Shown here piece by piece: positions 1 to 8,941 of a stretch of 64,000 nt of DNA; within the stretch, counting starts at the first letter, position 1, and each line of letters starts with the position of its first letter. The position numbers were made by a program, and so were the translations under genes. The notes beneath the pieces were generated by a model. That model saw only the letters and a list, made by a program, of their open reading frames with translations. It was not told the origin of the DNA and made no database searches. This DNA is from Planctomycetota bacterium (GTDB taxonomy: Bacteria > Planctomycetota > PLA2 > JAEUHO01), in assembly GCA_965223505.1 (NCBI GenBank), contig CBDCWP010000005.1, forward strand, positions 1 to 64,000. The letters are read 5' to 3'.

Positions 1-50
1 GCCGGCGCCGACGAGCCGTGCGCGCTGAACGTCCGAGCAATCCAACGCGG

Positions 51-77
51 CGGGCGGGGCCCTCGCCCCGCCCCTAC
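51..77 (-). repeat. GTAG-type REP-like palindrome
   Basis: Reverse complement is GTAGGGGCGGGGCGAGGGCCCCGCCCG; overlaps the RHS stop codon; similar copies at 15630 and 28864. Confidence 0.65.
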
Positions 78-3000
78 TCCTCCTCTTGGATGATGATGCG
101 CGGCGTCACCATCAACGTCAGCGACTGCGTTCCGCGACCGATCCCGACGTTCTTGAACAACCGGCTGATGTACGGAATCCGGCTCAACATCGGCACGCCG
201 CGCTCGTTCGCCGGCTTCTTCGTCGTCTTGATTCCACCCAGCAGAATCGTACCCGTCTGGGGGAGCGTGACCTGCGTGCGCACGCGCTGAAGCCGCAGCT
301 CCGGAAGCTGGATGACGATCGGCGCGCTGTCGTCCACGAACGCCGTCGAGAAGGTCTGGATCGGCCGCACCAGCTCCGCGACGGTGGGCTGCAGCGTCAA
401 CCGCACGTAGCGGCGATCGCTGCTGACCGTCGGCCGCACGTCGAGCGTGATGCCGTCCTGAATGATGCCCACGATCGGATCGGCAACGAACGACGTCTGC
501 GCGATCTCGACGTCGAAGTCCCGGATGTACGACGTCTGGTTGATCGCGCCGACGTTCGCGCGCTGGGTGTTGAAGACGGTGATCCGAGGTGCTTGCACCA
601 TCGAGAGACGTTCGCTCCTTTGGACGGCTCGCAGGATGACCTCGAGCTCCGTGTCGTCGAGGAACGTCGGTTGGAACGCCAGTCCGTCACGCGTCGTCTG
701 CGAACCGCCGATCGCCGCGTCGCCAAGCCCCTCGGCGCGGGTCTTGAGCCCGTCGTCGCTTCCGTCGTCGACGCCGCTCCCGAACGTGTCCGAGGGCTGG
801 TTGACCGGCGGACACTCCGCGACCGCGCCGGCGAGCCCCCGAAAATCGACGCCGATGTCGCGCAAGAAGTTGTCCGATACGGTCACGAAGCGCGTCTCGA
901 CGGTCACCTGGAGATCCAGCACCCGACGCAGGTCTTCGAGCAAGTCGGCGATCTTGTCCTGGACCTGCGGCGTGGTCGCTGCCGCGACGGCGTTGGCGTC
1001 GAACCCGCTTCCGGCGCCGCCGGACAGTCGGCCCTGCCGGTCGCCGGTACGGGGGCTCACGGAACCGCTCGCCGAGCGGTAGTGCTGCGTCCCCGCGTCG
1101 TAGAAGGCCCCCTTCTTGAGGAGCGGGTTCCCGCGCGCGCTGAACGCCGCGTCGAGCATGGTCATCGCATCGCGAATCGTCGGAACGCTGAACCCGTCGT
1201 AGTCGTACCACTCGACGGGAATCCCGTTGTCGTCGACGAGCGCGCTCGGTCCGTTCTGGTAGTCGGACGTATAGAAGAAGCTCTGGTCCGGGTCCCCGTC
1301 GGCGTTGGTGTCGCGGTCCATCGCGAAGACGTCGCCGATGCCGCCGAAGAGGAATTGCGCCAGCGTGCGCGTGCTGCCGCCGGGACGAATCTCGATCACC
1401 CGCTCCCCTTGGTAGATGAACACGAGGTCGGTATTGAAGGCCGGAACGTTGGTGACGACCTTGCGAGTGCGCCGGTCGCGCGCGTCGTAGGTGTTTTTCT
1501 CGAAGATGAAGTCCGGCGCGCTCACGAAGCGCGCCACGGCGATCCGCCCCAGGAAGTCGCACTGATATACGAAGAAGTCGTCCTCGGACTCGGTGCCGAT
1601 GCCGGCCGTGCCGCCGTCGTACTCCTTCGAGGTGTCGCCCTGCACGCTGTTGCGCGTGATGTTGGTCGTTTGATTGATCACGCCGTCCGTCTTGAAGATC
1701 CGCGTGACGGCGCCGGTCCCCGTCAATCGCGCGTCGGTCTGCAGGATGCCGAGCCCGAGGATCGTCGCGGTCTCGTCGCGGGTGATGGTGAACGGCCGGC
1801 CGCGTGAGTCGTACGTCGTGCTCGTCGCTCGGGTCACGTTGTTCCCGCCCGGCACGGTGCGCGACGTCGTCAGCTGCGAGAGCAGGTTCGTACGCGTGCG
1901 CCCCACGCCGGTGATCTGCGAGATGACCGCGGCCGCGCCGTTCTGCACGGTCTGCGCGAACGGCAGTCCGAGCTCGTCCGTCGTCGTGCTGGTCTCCAGG
2001 ACCGTGCTTCCGCTCGCCGCCGTCGTCTCCATGAAGGGGAAGCTGTTGCGCCCCTGGTAGTAGCGATCGTTGCGGATCGTCGTGGGGTTCGACACCACGG
2101 TGGGCTGGTTGATCGGGTCGTACTCGTACGACACCACGCGGCTCGCGCCGGGGTAGCGCAGCTCGACCGGATCGTCGGCATCGTAGGACACGCCGACGGC
2201 CAGGCCGTCCTGCACCTCTTCGACCTTGCGGCCGCAGGAGTCCCACTTGAAGACCAGCACCGAGTCGTCCGCCGCGGTGCCGGGTTCGTTGTTGTCCGTC
2301 GCCCGCGTGACGCGCGAGAGCCCGTCGTACTGCCACGTCAGCTCCGTCGAACCCACGTACAGCGGGTGCGCGCCGCCGGCGACCGTGAGCAACGGATCGG
2401 TCACGCCGGTCAGCCGCGTGAGCCGGTCGAGCGCGTCGTACTGGCCGGTCATGACCGTGCCGTTCTCGTCGGTGCGCTGGACCATGTTGTCGTTGAAGTC
2501 GTAGGCGTAGGTCTGTTGGCTCCCGTCGGGATTGAGCATGACCGTGCGCCGGTCGAGCGCGTCGTACTCGTACGTCGTCTGGTTCCCGACGTCGTCGAGC
2601 AGGCTGACCAGCCGGCCGTTGGCGTCGAGCTGCCGAACGATCCGAATCAGCCCGTCCGCGTTGTCGGGGTTGGTCATGTCGAGCGGTTGATCGCCCTGGC
2701 CGTTGACGCGCAGCTCGTGCGTTCGGAGCCACAGCCGGCCCGCCCCGTCGTAGGCGTAATGGTTGCCGTTCCCGCGATCGTTGATGTTGCCCGCCGTGAA
2801 GAGGCCGAGGGGATCCGCGATCGACGCACCGCGCGCGTCCCATCGCGAGACGACGCGGTTCGCGCTGTCGAAGTCGAAATACGTGGTCTGCCCCTTGGCG
2901 TCCGTCACGCGTGTCAGCCGGTGAAGGGCGTCGAACACGACGTGGGACGTCTGGGTCGCGGGGGCGACCAACGAGTCGGGGCTCACGTGGGTCTCTTCGA

Positions 3001-5941
3001 CGCGGATGAGGTCGACGGCGTCGTAGAAGTAGTCGGTCGCCTGCGGCGTCGGACCGGCGGGATCGACGAGCGGGCGGATCTGCCGGACGAGGCGGTCCAG
3101 ACCGTCGTACACGAAGCAGTCCTGCGCCAGATCGTCGGTCGTGATGACGGTCTGCCGGCTGAGCGCGTCGTATTCGTAGCGGGTGCTCTTCTTGCTGTCG
3201 CCCGGCGTGAGCGCGCCGTCCTGCACGGTCGCGCCGGATGTGAGGATGATGCCGGCCGGAACGAACAGGTCGCGATCCACCCCGATCAGCCGTCCGAGCT
3301 CGTCGTACGAGAGATCCGCGCCCGAAAGCGCGACGTTGCCGCCGCCCGAGCCGTCGGCCGGCCCCGTGCAGTCGTATCGAATCAGCCGATCGACAGCGTC
3401 GTACGCGTACGTGCACACGTTCCCGCCGCGGTCGTTTTCCTGGATCATGCGATCGAAACCGTCGTACGCGTAGAAGTGCGTGTTGCCGGCGTTCTGCGTC
3501 CGAATGCCGGTGAGGTTGTCGTTGGCGTCGTAGAAGTAGTTGATGGCCGACGAATCGGCGCCCAAGCCACCGCGCTGACGAATGAACACACGGTCGTGCG
3601 CGTCGTAGGCTTGCAGGACGCGGGCTTCCGGCTGTGCGCCGGTCGTCGACATGGGACTGCGCACGTCGACGATGTTCTCGTTGGCGTCGTAGTGGTAATC
3701 GGTCATCAGCCGCTGTGCTTGCGCGGACGCCGGAATCGCGGCGTCGCGCGTCGCGTCGATGTCGACGCGAATGACCCGGTCGAGGATGTCGAACGTCATG
3801 AGGTGTTGGTAGACGGACGGACTTCCGGGAACGACCTGATGGGTCGACGGGTCCGTCGTCCAGTGTTCGGCGTCCGTGCGAACGACGTTTCCGTTGGCGT
3901 CGTACGTGTAGTGCGTGAGGAAGCCTCGCGCCTGGCCCGGATCGACCTTCGGAGCCTCGCGCTCGACCAGCTCGCCCAGCTCGTTGTGGAGGTAGAGGTA
4001 CTCGTTTCCGTTCGGGTCGGTCAAGGCGACCAGGTTGCCGAGATCGTCGTATCGATAGGACGTCTGGGCGTCGACGGGTGTGGCCGCGTCCTGACGCCCC
4101 GGACCGGCTACGTCCACGCGCATGCTGCTGCGATAGCCGCCCGCCGCGGGGTCGTTGCCGGCGATGAGGTTCGCGCCGTCGCCGTCGGGATCGTTCTCGG
4201 GAAAGTACGCATAGACGTCGCGGTTGCCGCGCGCGTCGATCAGCTCGACGATGCGGCTGAAGTCGTCGTACGCATAACGGGTGACGTGCTCCTGTTGCGT
4301 GTCCCCCTCGTTCACGGCTTGCTTCGAGCCGGCTGCGAGCGCGACCGTGGGGTCCTCGCGCCGAACGAGATTGCCGGCGCGCTGGTCCGTGCGGCCGTCG
4401 CCGTTGAGATCCCCGAGGTTCAGCTCGGAGGGCGGGATCACGAGACCGAATTCGGGCACGCAGGCCGGCGGCGTGTTGCCTTCCTGGTAGTCGTAGAAGT
4501 AATGCGTCGTATATCGCGCGGCCGACTGGGCGCCGCCGTTCTGCGGCACGTACGCGGGGTCGTTGCCCCGCGGATCCGTGATCGTGCGCACCATGTTGTA
4601 GACCGGGTCGTACGTGTAGGTGGTCATCAGCTGCGGATGCGCGCTGGGACGAACGCCGTCCGGTGTCAGCGTGATGCTCAGCACGTTGCGTTGCGCCGAG
4701 CGGTCGGGGTTGACCGTGTCGTAGACGAAGTCGACACGGTTGCCGAGCGGCAACGTCCTGCGCGTCACGAGGCCGTCGGGGTTCACCATGAAGTCCGTGA
4801 CACCGGGTGTGCCGCCGGGGTCGGACACGTACCGCAGGCAGTGGCCCACCGCGTCATGGAAGTACTGCGCGACGTTGTTGCGGCGGTCGCGCACGGTGGT
4901 GAGCGACGCCGTGCCGACCGGCCCGCCGACCGGGGCGAAGTCGTAGGTGAAGCTGAACATCCCTCCCGCGGGGCGTCCCGACGCGTTGGCGCCGCCGCGG
5001 ACCTGCGTCACCACGCGATCGAAGGCGACGCCGGGCCCGCCGTAGGTGTTGACGACGGACGGCGTGTTGGAGGCGTCCGCGACCTCGTTCGGCCGAACGA
5101 TCGTCAGCAGATTGTGATTGAGCTCGGGCGACGCCGATCCACTGACGTAGGTGTACCGCTCCGTGCGGCCCGCGGGGAAGTCGTTGCCGTTCGGCGTGCC
5201 GTTCACGGTCGGTGAGCGTACGGCGACGAGGTTGTCGGCGGCATCGTACGTGTACATCACCTGGTTTCCGGTGAAGTCGGTGATCGTCTCGACGAGGTTG
5301 CCCGTGTACGTGAGCACGACCTCCCGGTTGTACTCGTCGAAGATCGATGTCAGCCGAATGCCCGTGTACTGGTACCGCACCTGGTTGCCGGCGGGGTCCG
5401 TCGTGTTCTGGAGCACGCCGTTCAGGTCGAAGCGGCACTTGAGGCCCTGCGGATAGCGCAGCGTGAAACCCGTCGCGTCCTTGATCAGGCGCGCGAAGAC
5501 GCCGGGTGGCGAGTCGTACGTCCCGCCTCCGGTGTCGGCGAACTCGCGCGCGGTGCCGTTGCCCGGATGCCAGATCACGTCTCCGCCCGACTGCTCGTCG
5601 AGGCGCATGAAGATGTTGGAGTCCCAGCCGAACCCGAACGGTCCCGCTTCGTGAACGAGACTGCCGTAGAACCGCTTCACGACGATCCCGAGGCGCCGAG
5701 CGCGAATCGCCATGTCGACACGCGAGAGACGGAACTCACCGCTGTGAAGCCAGACGCCTGCCGCGCTGTCCTGCGGTGAGAGCCCGGCGCTCGCGTTGGT
5801 CGCCGGCGGCTGCAGGTGCGGTCCGAGCACGACGATGATGCCGCCACCTCCGCCACCACCGCAGCCGGTGCAAAGCAGCACCGCCAACATCCAGAAGAAC
5901 CAACGGACGCGATGCTTCGATCCAAACCCCGTCATCATCAT
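74..5941 (-). CDS. RHS/YD-repeat lipoprotein with C-terminal secretin (GspD/PilQ-like) domain
   Basis: GAGGAG RBS before ATG at 5941; lipobox-like LLCTGC; RHS N-terminal motif (GPFGFGWDS); many YxYD repeats; C-terminal ~300 aa with secretin motifs QVTVETRFVTV, APRITVFNTQRA, GITLDVRPTVS, GVPMLSRIPYISRLF, LMVTPRII. Confidence 0.85.
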   Translation of the reverse strand: MMMTGFGSKHRVRWFFWMLAVLLCTGCGGGGGGGIIVVLGPHLQPPATNASAGLSPQDSAAGVWLHSGEFRLSRVDMAIRARRLGIVVKRFYGSLVHEAGPFGFGWDSNIFMRLDEQSGGDVIWHPGNGTAREFADTGGGTYDSPPGVFARLIKDATGFTLRYPQGLKCRFDLNGVLQNTTDPAGNQVRYQYTGIRLTSIFDEYNREVVLTYTGNLVETITDFTGNQVMYTYDAADNLVAVRSPTVNGTPNGNDFPAGRTERYTYVSGSASPELNHNLLTIVRPNEVADASNTPSVVNTYGGPGVAFDRVVTQVRGGANASGRPAGGMFSFTYDFAPVGGPVGTASLTTVRDRRNNVAQYFHDAVGHCLRYVSDPGGTPGVTDFMVNPDGLVTRRTLPLGNRVDFVYDTVNPDRSAQRNVLSITLTPDGVRPSAHPQLMTTYTYDPVYNMVRTITDPRGNDPAYVPQNGGAQSAARYTTHYFYDYQEGNTPPACVPEFGLVIPPSELNLGDLNGDGRTDQRAGNLVRREDPTVALAAGSKQAVNEGDTQQEHVTRYAYDDFSRIVELIDARGNRDVYAYFPENDPDGDGANLIAGNDPAAGGYRSSMRVDVAGPGRQDAATPVDAQTSYRYDDLGNLVALTDPNGNEYLYLHNELGELVEREAPKVDPGQARGFLTHYTYDANGNVVRTDAEHWTTDPSTHQVVPGSPSVYQHLMTFDILDRVIRVDIDATRDAAIPASAQAQRLMTDYHYDANENIVDVRSPMSTTGAQPEARVLQAYDAHDRVFIRQRGGLGADSSAINYFYDANDNLTGIRTQNAGNTHFYAYDGFDRMIQENDRGGNVCTYAYDAVDRLIRYDCTGPADGSGGGNVALSGADLSYDELGRLIGVDRDLFVPAGIILTSGATVQDGALTPGDSKKSTRYEYDALSRQTVITTDDLAQDCFVYDGLDRLVRQIRPLVDPAGPTPQATDYFYDAVDLIRVEETHVSPDSLVAPATQTSHVVFDALHRLTRVTDAKGQTTYFDFDSANRVVSRWDARGASIADPLGLFTAGNINDRGNGNHYAYDGAGRLWLRTHELRVNGQGDQPLDMTNPDNADGLIRIVRQLDANGRLVSLLDDVGNQTTYEYDALDRRTVMLNPDGSQQTYAYDFNDNMVQRTDENGTVMTGQYDALDRLTRLTGVTDPLLTVAGGAHPLYVGSTELTWQYDGLSRVTRATDNNEPGTAADDSVLVFKWDSCGRKVEEVQDGLAVGVSYDADDPVELRYPGASRVVSYEYDPINQPTVVSNPTTIRNDRYYQGRNSFPFMETTAASGSTVLETSTTTDELGLPFAQTVQNGAAAVISQITGVGRTRTNLLSQLTTSRTVPGGNNVTRATSTTYDSRGRPFTITRDETATILGLGILQTDARLTGTGAVTRIFKTDGVINQTTNITRNSVQGDTSKEYDGGTAGIGTESEDDFFVYQCDFLGRIAVARFVSAPDFIFEKNTYDARDRRTRKVVTNVPAFNTDLVFIYQGERVIEIRPGGSTRTLAQFLFGGIGDVFAMDRDTNADGDPDQSFFYTSDYQNGPSALVDDNGIPVEWYDYDGFSVPTIRDAMTMLDAAFSARGNPLLKKGAFYDAGTQHYRSASGSVSPRTGDRQGRLSGGAGSGFDANAVAAATTPQVQDKIADLLEDLRRVLDLQVTVETRFVTVSDNFLRDIGVDFRGLAGAVAECPPVNQPSDTFGSGVDDGSDDGLKTRAEGLGDAAIGGSQTTRDGLAFQPTFLDDTELEVILRAVQRSERLSMVQAPRITVFNTQRANVGAINQTSYIRDFDVEIAQTSFVADPIVGIIQDGITLDVRPTVSSDRRYVRLTLQPTVAELVRPIQTFSTAFVDDSAPIVIQLPELRLQRVRTQVTLPQTGTILLGGIKTTKKPANERGVPMLSRIPYISRLFKNVGIGRGTQSLTLMVTPRIIIQEEE

Positions 5942-6087
5942 CAACTCCTCACTCCCACGCCCGCGAAGCCCGCTTCCAGGGGCTGGTTCAGCGTAGTCCG
6001 GGCGTGCTTTCCTTCGCAACGCCCCAGTGCGAACCGTCGGATCGTTCGGACGGTTCGGTGTCCCCCGAACGGCGCTACGCTTGGGGT

Positions 6088-7725
6088 GTGCGATGGATCG
6101 TCGTCATCTCGGCGTTGGGCCTGCTGTTCGCACTCGCCCACGTGCTATTGGACGACGGCCGTGCTCCGGACAACGGACGCGACGACGTCATGGCGGCCGA
6201 CACGCGCGACCCCGGGATGTTGTCGGCGGACGCGACGGAACCGGGGAACGTTCGTGCGCGGACCGACGGCGAGAAGGCGAAGCTCGTCGGCCGTCCGGAC
6301 GCGCATCCGGCCGGCGGCTCGACGCCCGCGAACATGCGCAAGATCGAGCTGCACGACATTCACGGCTGCGTCGTCGACGTTCGTGGCAGGGCGATACAGG
6401 GCGCGCTCGTCTACACCACCGGCAAGTCGGCGTCGCGCTGGGGCTCGTTCGACGTCGGCGGCAAGGCGACGACGGACGCGAAGGGCCGGTGGTCGATCCG
6501 CGTGCTGTCGACGAAGGGCCGTTGGATCGGCGCGCGGGCAAAGGGCTTCATGAACGCCTTCGTCGACGGCGACGAGGCCGACGTGTCGCGGTCGATTCGC
6601 ATCGAGATGCCGTACGCCGAACGACTACGCGTGCTCGTTCTCGACGCGAACAACGAACCCGTGCCCGAGGCAGGTGTGCGGCTCAAGCCCATTCCGTCGC
6701 AAGGCATGCAGAGCGAATACCCCAGTCCGAGCCACCGCGGACCCGAGCGGTACGAGGCGACCGACGGCGAGGGCTTCGCCACGTTCGAGCTGAACACCGA
6801 CGGCCCCGTGCTGATCGCGCCCGACATGGACGAGGTGTTCACGGATCCGCCGGAGCAGTGGCTGCCGCGCGCGGCCGGGACCGTCACGTTTCGGATCGGT
6901 TCCGGCGCGGTGCTGAAGCTGCGCGTCGAGAACGAGTCGGGCGACGTCCTCGACGACACCGCGTGGGTCGAGGTGCGCGAAGCCGGCACGGACCGCACAC
7001 TGGACCAGGCCCGCTACAAGCTCATCGAAGGACGGCTGGAGCGGCCGTTCTCCTTCGCGCCGGGCTGGTACGACGTCCGTGTCCACATGAAGGACCGCGA
7101 TCCGGCTTGGCTTCCCAACGTGCGGCTCGGAATGAAAGACGAGACGCCGGAACACGTCGTTTCGATGCGGCCGCTGCCGGAGATGGGCCGGATCGAGGTG
7201 CAGTTCAGCTTGCCGCCGGACACGAAGACGATCTCGCGCCCCGGAATCTTCGTGCGCCGCCAAGAGCCCGGCCGCGACCGGCGCTGGACGCCCGTCGTGG
7301 CAGGCAAGTGGTATGCAGAGAGCGGCGCCGGTCACGTCTTCAGCGCAGAGCTCCATCCCGGGACCTACGAGCTGGCCGCTTCGGCGATCGCCAACGGCCT
7401 TTGCGGCGTGCGCCGGGTCGCGGTCCGGTCCGGCAAGACGACGAAAACCGCACTCACGCTTGCGGCGGGGCTGCGCTTCAAGCTGTTCGACGTGGTGCCG
7501 CGCGATCTCGAGATTCGCCGCATCGACGTCGACGTCGGCCGCCTGGGGATCTTCGCGCCGCTGGGCGCGGCGGGTGCGTCCACGACGCGACACAGCTCGA
7601 GCCTCGAGCAGTTCGTCACGGATTGGCGGTACGCGGATCCGGTGCTCGGTCCCTATCCCGCGACCTCGGCGACGGTCCACGTGACGGCGTGGAACGGCAC
7701 CAAGCACGAATTTCACGTCCGCTGA
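6088..7725 (+). CDS. Membrane-anchored carboxypeptidase-regulatory-like (beta-sandwich repeat) protein
   Basis: N-terminal TM (VRWIVVISALGLLFALA); repeats of GxVVDxxGxxIxGAxV and TDxxGxF; start approximate. Confidence 0.65.
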   Translation: MRWIVVISALGLLFALAHVLLDDGRAPDNGRDDVMAADTRDPGMLSADATEPGNVRARTDGEKAKLVGRPDAHPAGGSTPANMRKIELHDIHGCVVDVRGRAIQGALVYTTGKSASRWGSFDVGGKATTDAKGRWSIRVLSTKGRWIGARAKGFMNAFVDGDEADVSRSIRIEMPYAERLRVLVLDANNEPVPEAGVRLKPIPSQGMQSEYPSPSHRGPERYEATDGEGFATFELNTDGPVLIAPDMDEVFTDPPEQWLPRAAGTVTFRIGSGAVLKLRVENESGDVLDDTAWVEVREAGTDRTLDQARYKLIEGRLERPFSFAPGWYDVRVHMKDRDPAWLPNVRLGMKDETPEHVVSMRPLPEMGRIEVQFSLPPDTKTISRPGIFVRRQEPGRDRRWTPVVAGKWYAESGAGHVFSAELHPGTYELAASAIANGLCGVRRVAVRSGKTTKTALTLAAGLRFKLFDVVPRDLEIRRIDVDVGRLGIFAPLGAAGASTTRHSSSLEQFVTDWRYADPVLGPYPATSATVHVTAWNGTKHEFHVR

Positions 7726-7731
7726 GCGGCG

Positions 7732-8160
7732 CTACTCCGGCTGCTCGGCGGCGAACTCCGTGATGCTGCGCAGCTCGGGGACCTCGTCGGGGCCGACCCG
7801 AATGTCGCCGACGAGCGTGGCGCCCTTGTCGACCACGAGCCACGAGGCGCGCACGTTGCCCTCGACGGAGGCCTTCTTGCCGATGTGAACGCCCTGCAAC
7901 GAGAACACGTTGCCGGTCACGCGGCCTTCGATCTTGAGATCGTCGGCGCGGACGTTCGCGAAGACGAGGCCCTTCCGGGTGATGTGCACGTGGTTGGCGA
8001 CCTTGAAGTTGCGAATCGCCATGTAGTTCGTGACGCGCGACGACTCCGTGATCACGCGCTGATGGCAGTGGCGGCAGCTGACCGACTTGGCATTCACGTT
8101 GATCTGCATCGGCTGATCGCACGACGTGCACAGCGTCAGCCGATCTTTGGAAGCCGCCAT
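7732..8160 (-). CDS. Bactofilin with N-terminal Zn ribbon
   Basis: CTSC...CRHC followed by bactofilin repeats (IEGRVTGNV, VEGNVRA, GATLVGDI). Confidence 0.8.
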   Translation of the reverse strand: MAASKDRLTLCTSCDQPMQINVNAKSVSCRHCHQRVITESSRVTNYMAIRNFKVANHVHITRKGLVFANVRADDLKIEGRVTGNVFSLQGVHIGKKASVEGNVRASWLVVDKGATLVGDIRVGPDEVPELRSITEFAAEQPE

Positions 8161-8266
8161 AGGAGGGGTCCCCGCTCCGAACCTGAATGAGAACGGCCAT
8201 CCGCGCGCCCGTCCCGTGACAGGGGGCGGCGACGCGCGGATGGCTCAGCGGAAGGACGGGCGGTCG

Positions 8267-8677
8267 TTACTTGCGACCGGCAGCCGCGTCGGCGATGGCG
8301 CGCATGTTGTCCGTCGTGGCGGGCTTGCTCGCCTTCACGGTGCCGCCGACCTCGCAGCGACCCACGAACACCGCGCCTTCCTGGACGAGCAGCTTCGCCG
8401 CGCGCACGTCGCCGTGCAGCTTGCCCGACGCGTTGAGCTCGACGCGGTTCTCGGCCATGAGGTTGCCCTCGACGTGGCCTTCGAGTGTGATCGACCCTGC
8501 GTTGATCTCGGCCTTCATCTTGCCGGTCTTGCTGACCAGGACCTTGCCCGGCGTCTTGATGCCCCCCTCGAACTGGCCGTCGATCTTCACGCCGCCGTCG
8601 AACGAAAGCTCGCCTTTGAACTTCGCATCGGCGCCGATGACGGTCGCATAGTCAGGGTTGGTCGGTGTGGATGCCAT
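8267..8677 (-). CDS. Bactofilin (polymer-forming cytoskeletal protein)
   Basis: TVIGADAKFKGEL...IDGQFEG...GKLHGDVRAAKLLVQEGAVFVGRC. Confidence 0.9.
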   Translation of the reverse strand: MASTPTNPDYATVIGADAKFKGELSFDGGVKIDGQFEGGIKTPGKVLVSKTGKMKAEINAGSITLEGHVEGNLMAENRVELNASGKLHGDVRAAKLLVQEGAVFVGRCEVGGTVKASKPATTDNMRAIADAAAGRK

Positions 8678-8825
8678 CGGTGTCTCCTGAGGTGTCTGGG
8701 CTCACTTGCGTGCGCAGACGGGTTTCCCGGATCGGCGGGTCCCCCGGACCCGCGCGTGGCGGACTGTAGCAATGGGGACCCCCGCCTCCCGGCGGCCCTG
8801 ACGCGAAGGGCGACGCTGCGGGACG

Positions 8826-8930
8826 GGATGCGGAACACGGGACGCGGTAGGCGGGAAGCGGCCCATCCAGCGCGGCTTGCCGGGCGCCGAGCAGCCGTCT
8901 CCCGTTTCCCGCCTCCCGCCTCCCGCCTGG
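8826..8930. repeat. Two inverted arrays of degenerate 7-nt tandem repeats
   Basis: GGATGCG/GAACACG/GGACGCG/GTAGGCG/GGAAGCG (8826-8860) and CGTCTCC/CGTTTCC/CGCCTCC/CGCCTCC/CGCCTGG (8896-8930). Confidence 0.6.
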
Positions 8931-8941
8931 CGGGCATCTCC

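Noticed and set aside
86..5215. Long + strand ORFs opposite the RHS gene, and similar long antisense ORFs elsewhere (e.g. 8126-11338, 48852-51614, 59460-62663)
   Set aside because: Shadow ORFs caused by high GC; Arg/Ala-rich with no motifs, and they overlap well-supported genes
7723..7725. Other TGA stops (7725, 12743, 26106, 38478, 56216) as Sec codons
   Set aside because: They end complete proteins, are not at redox-Cys positions, and I saw no comparable GGUC-loop hairpin
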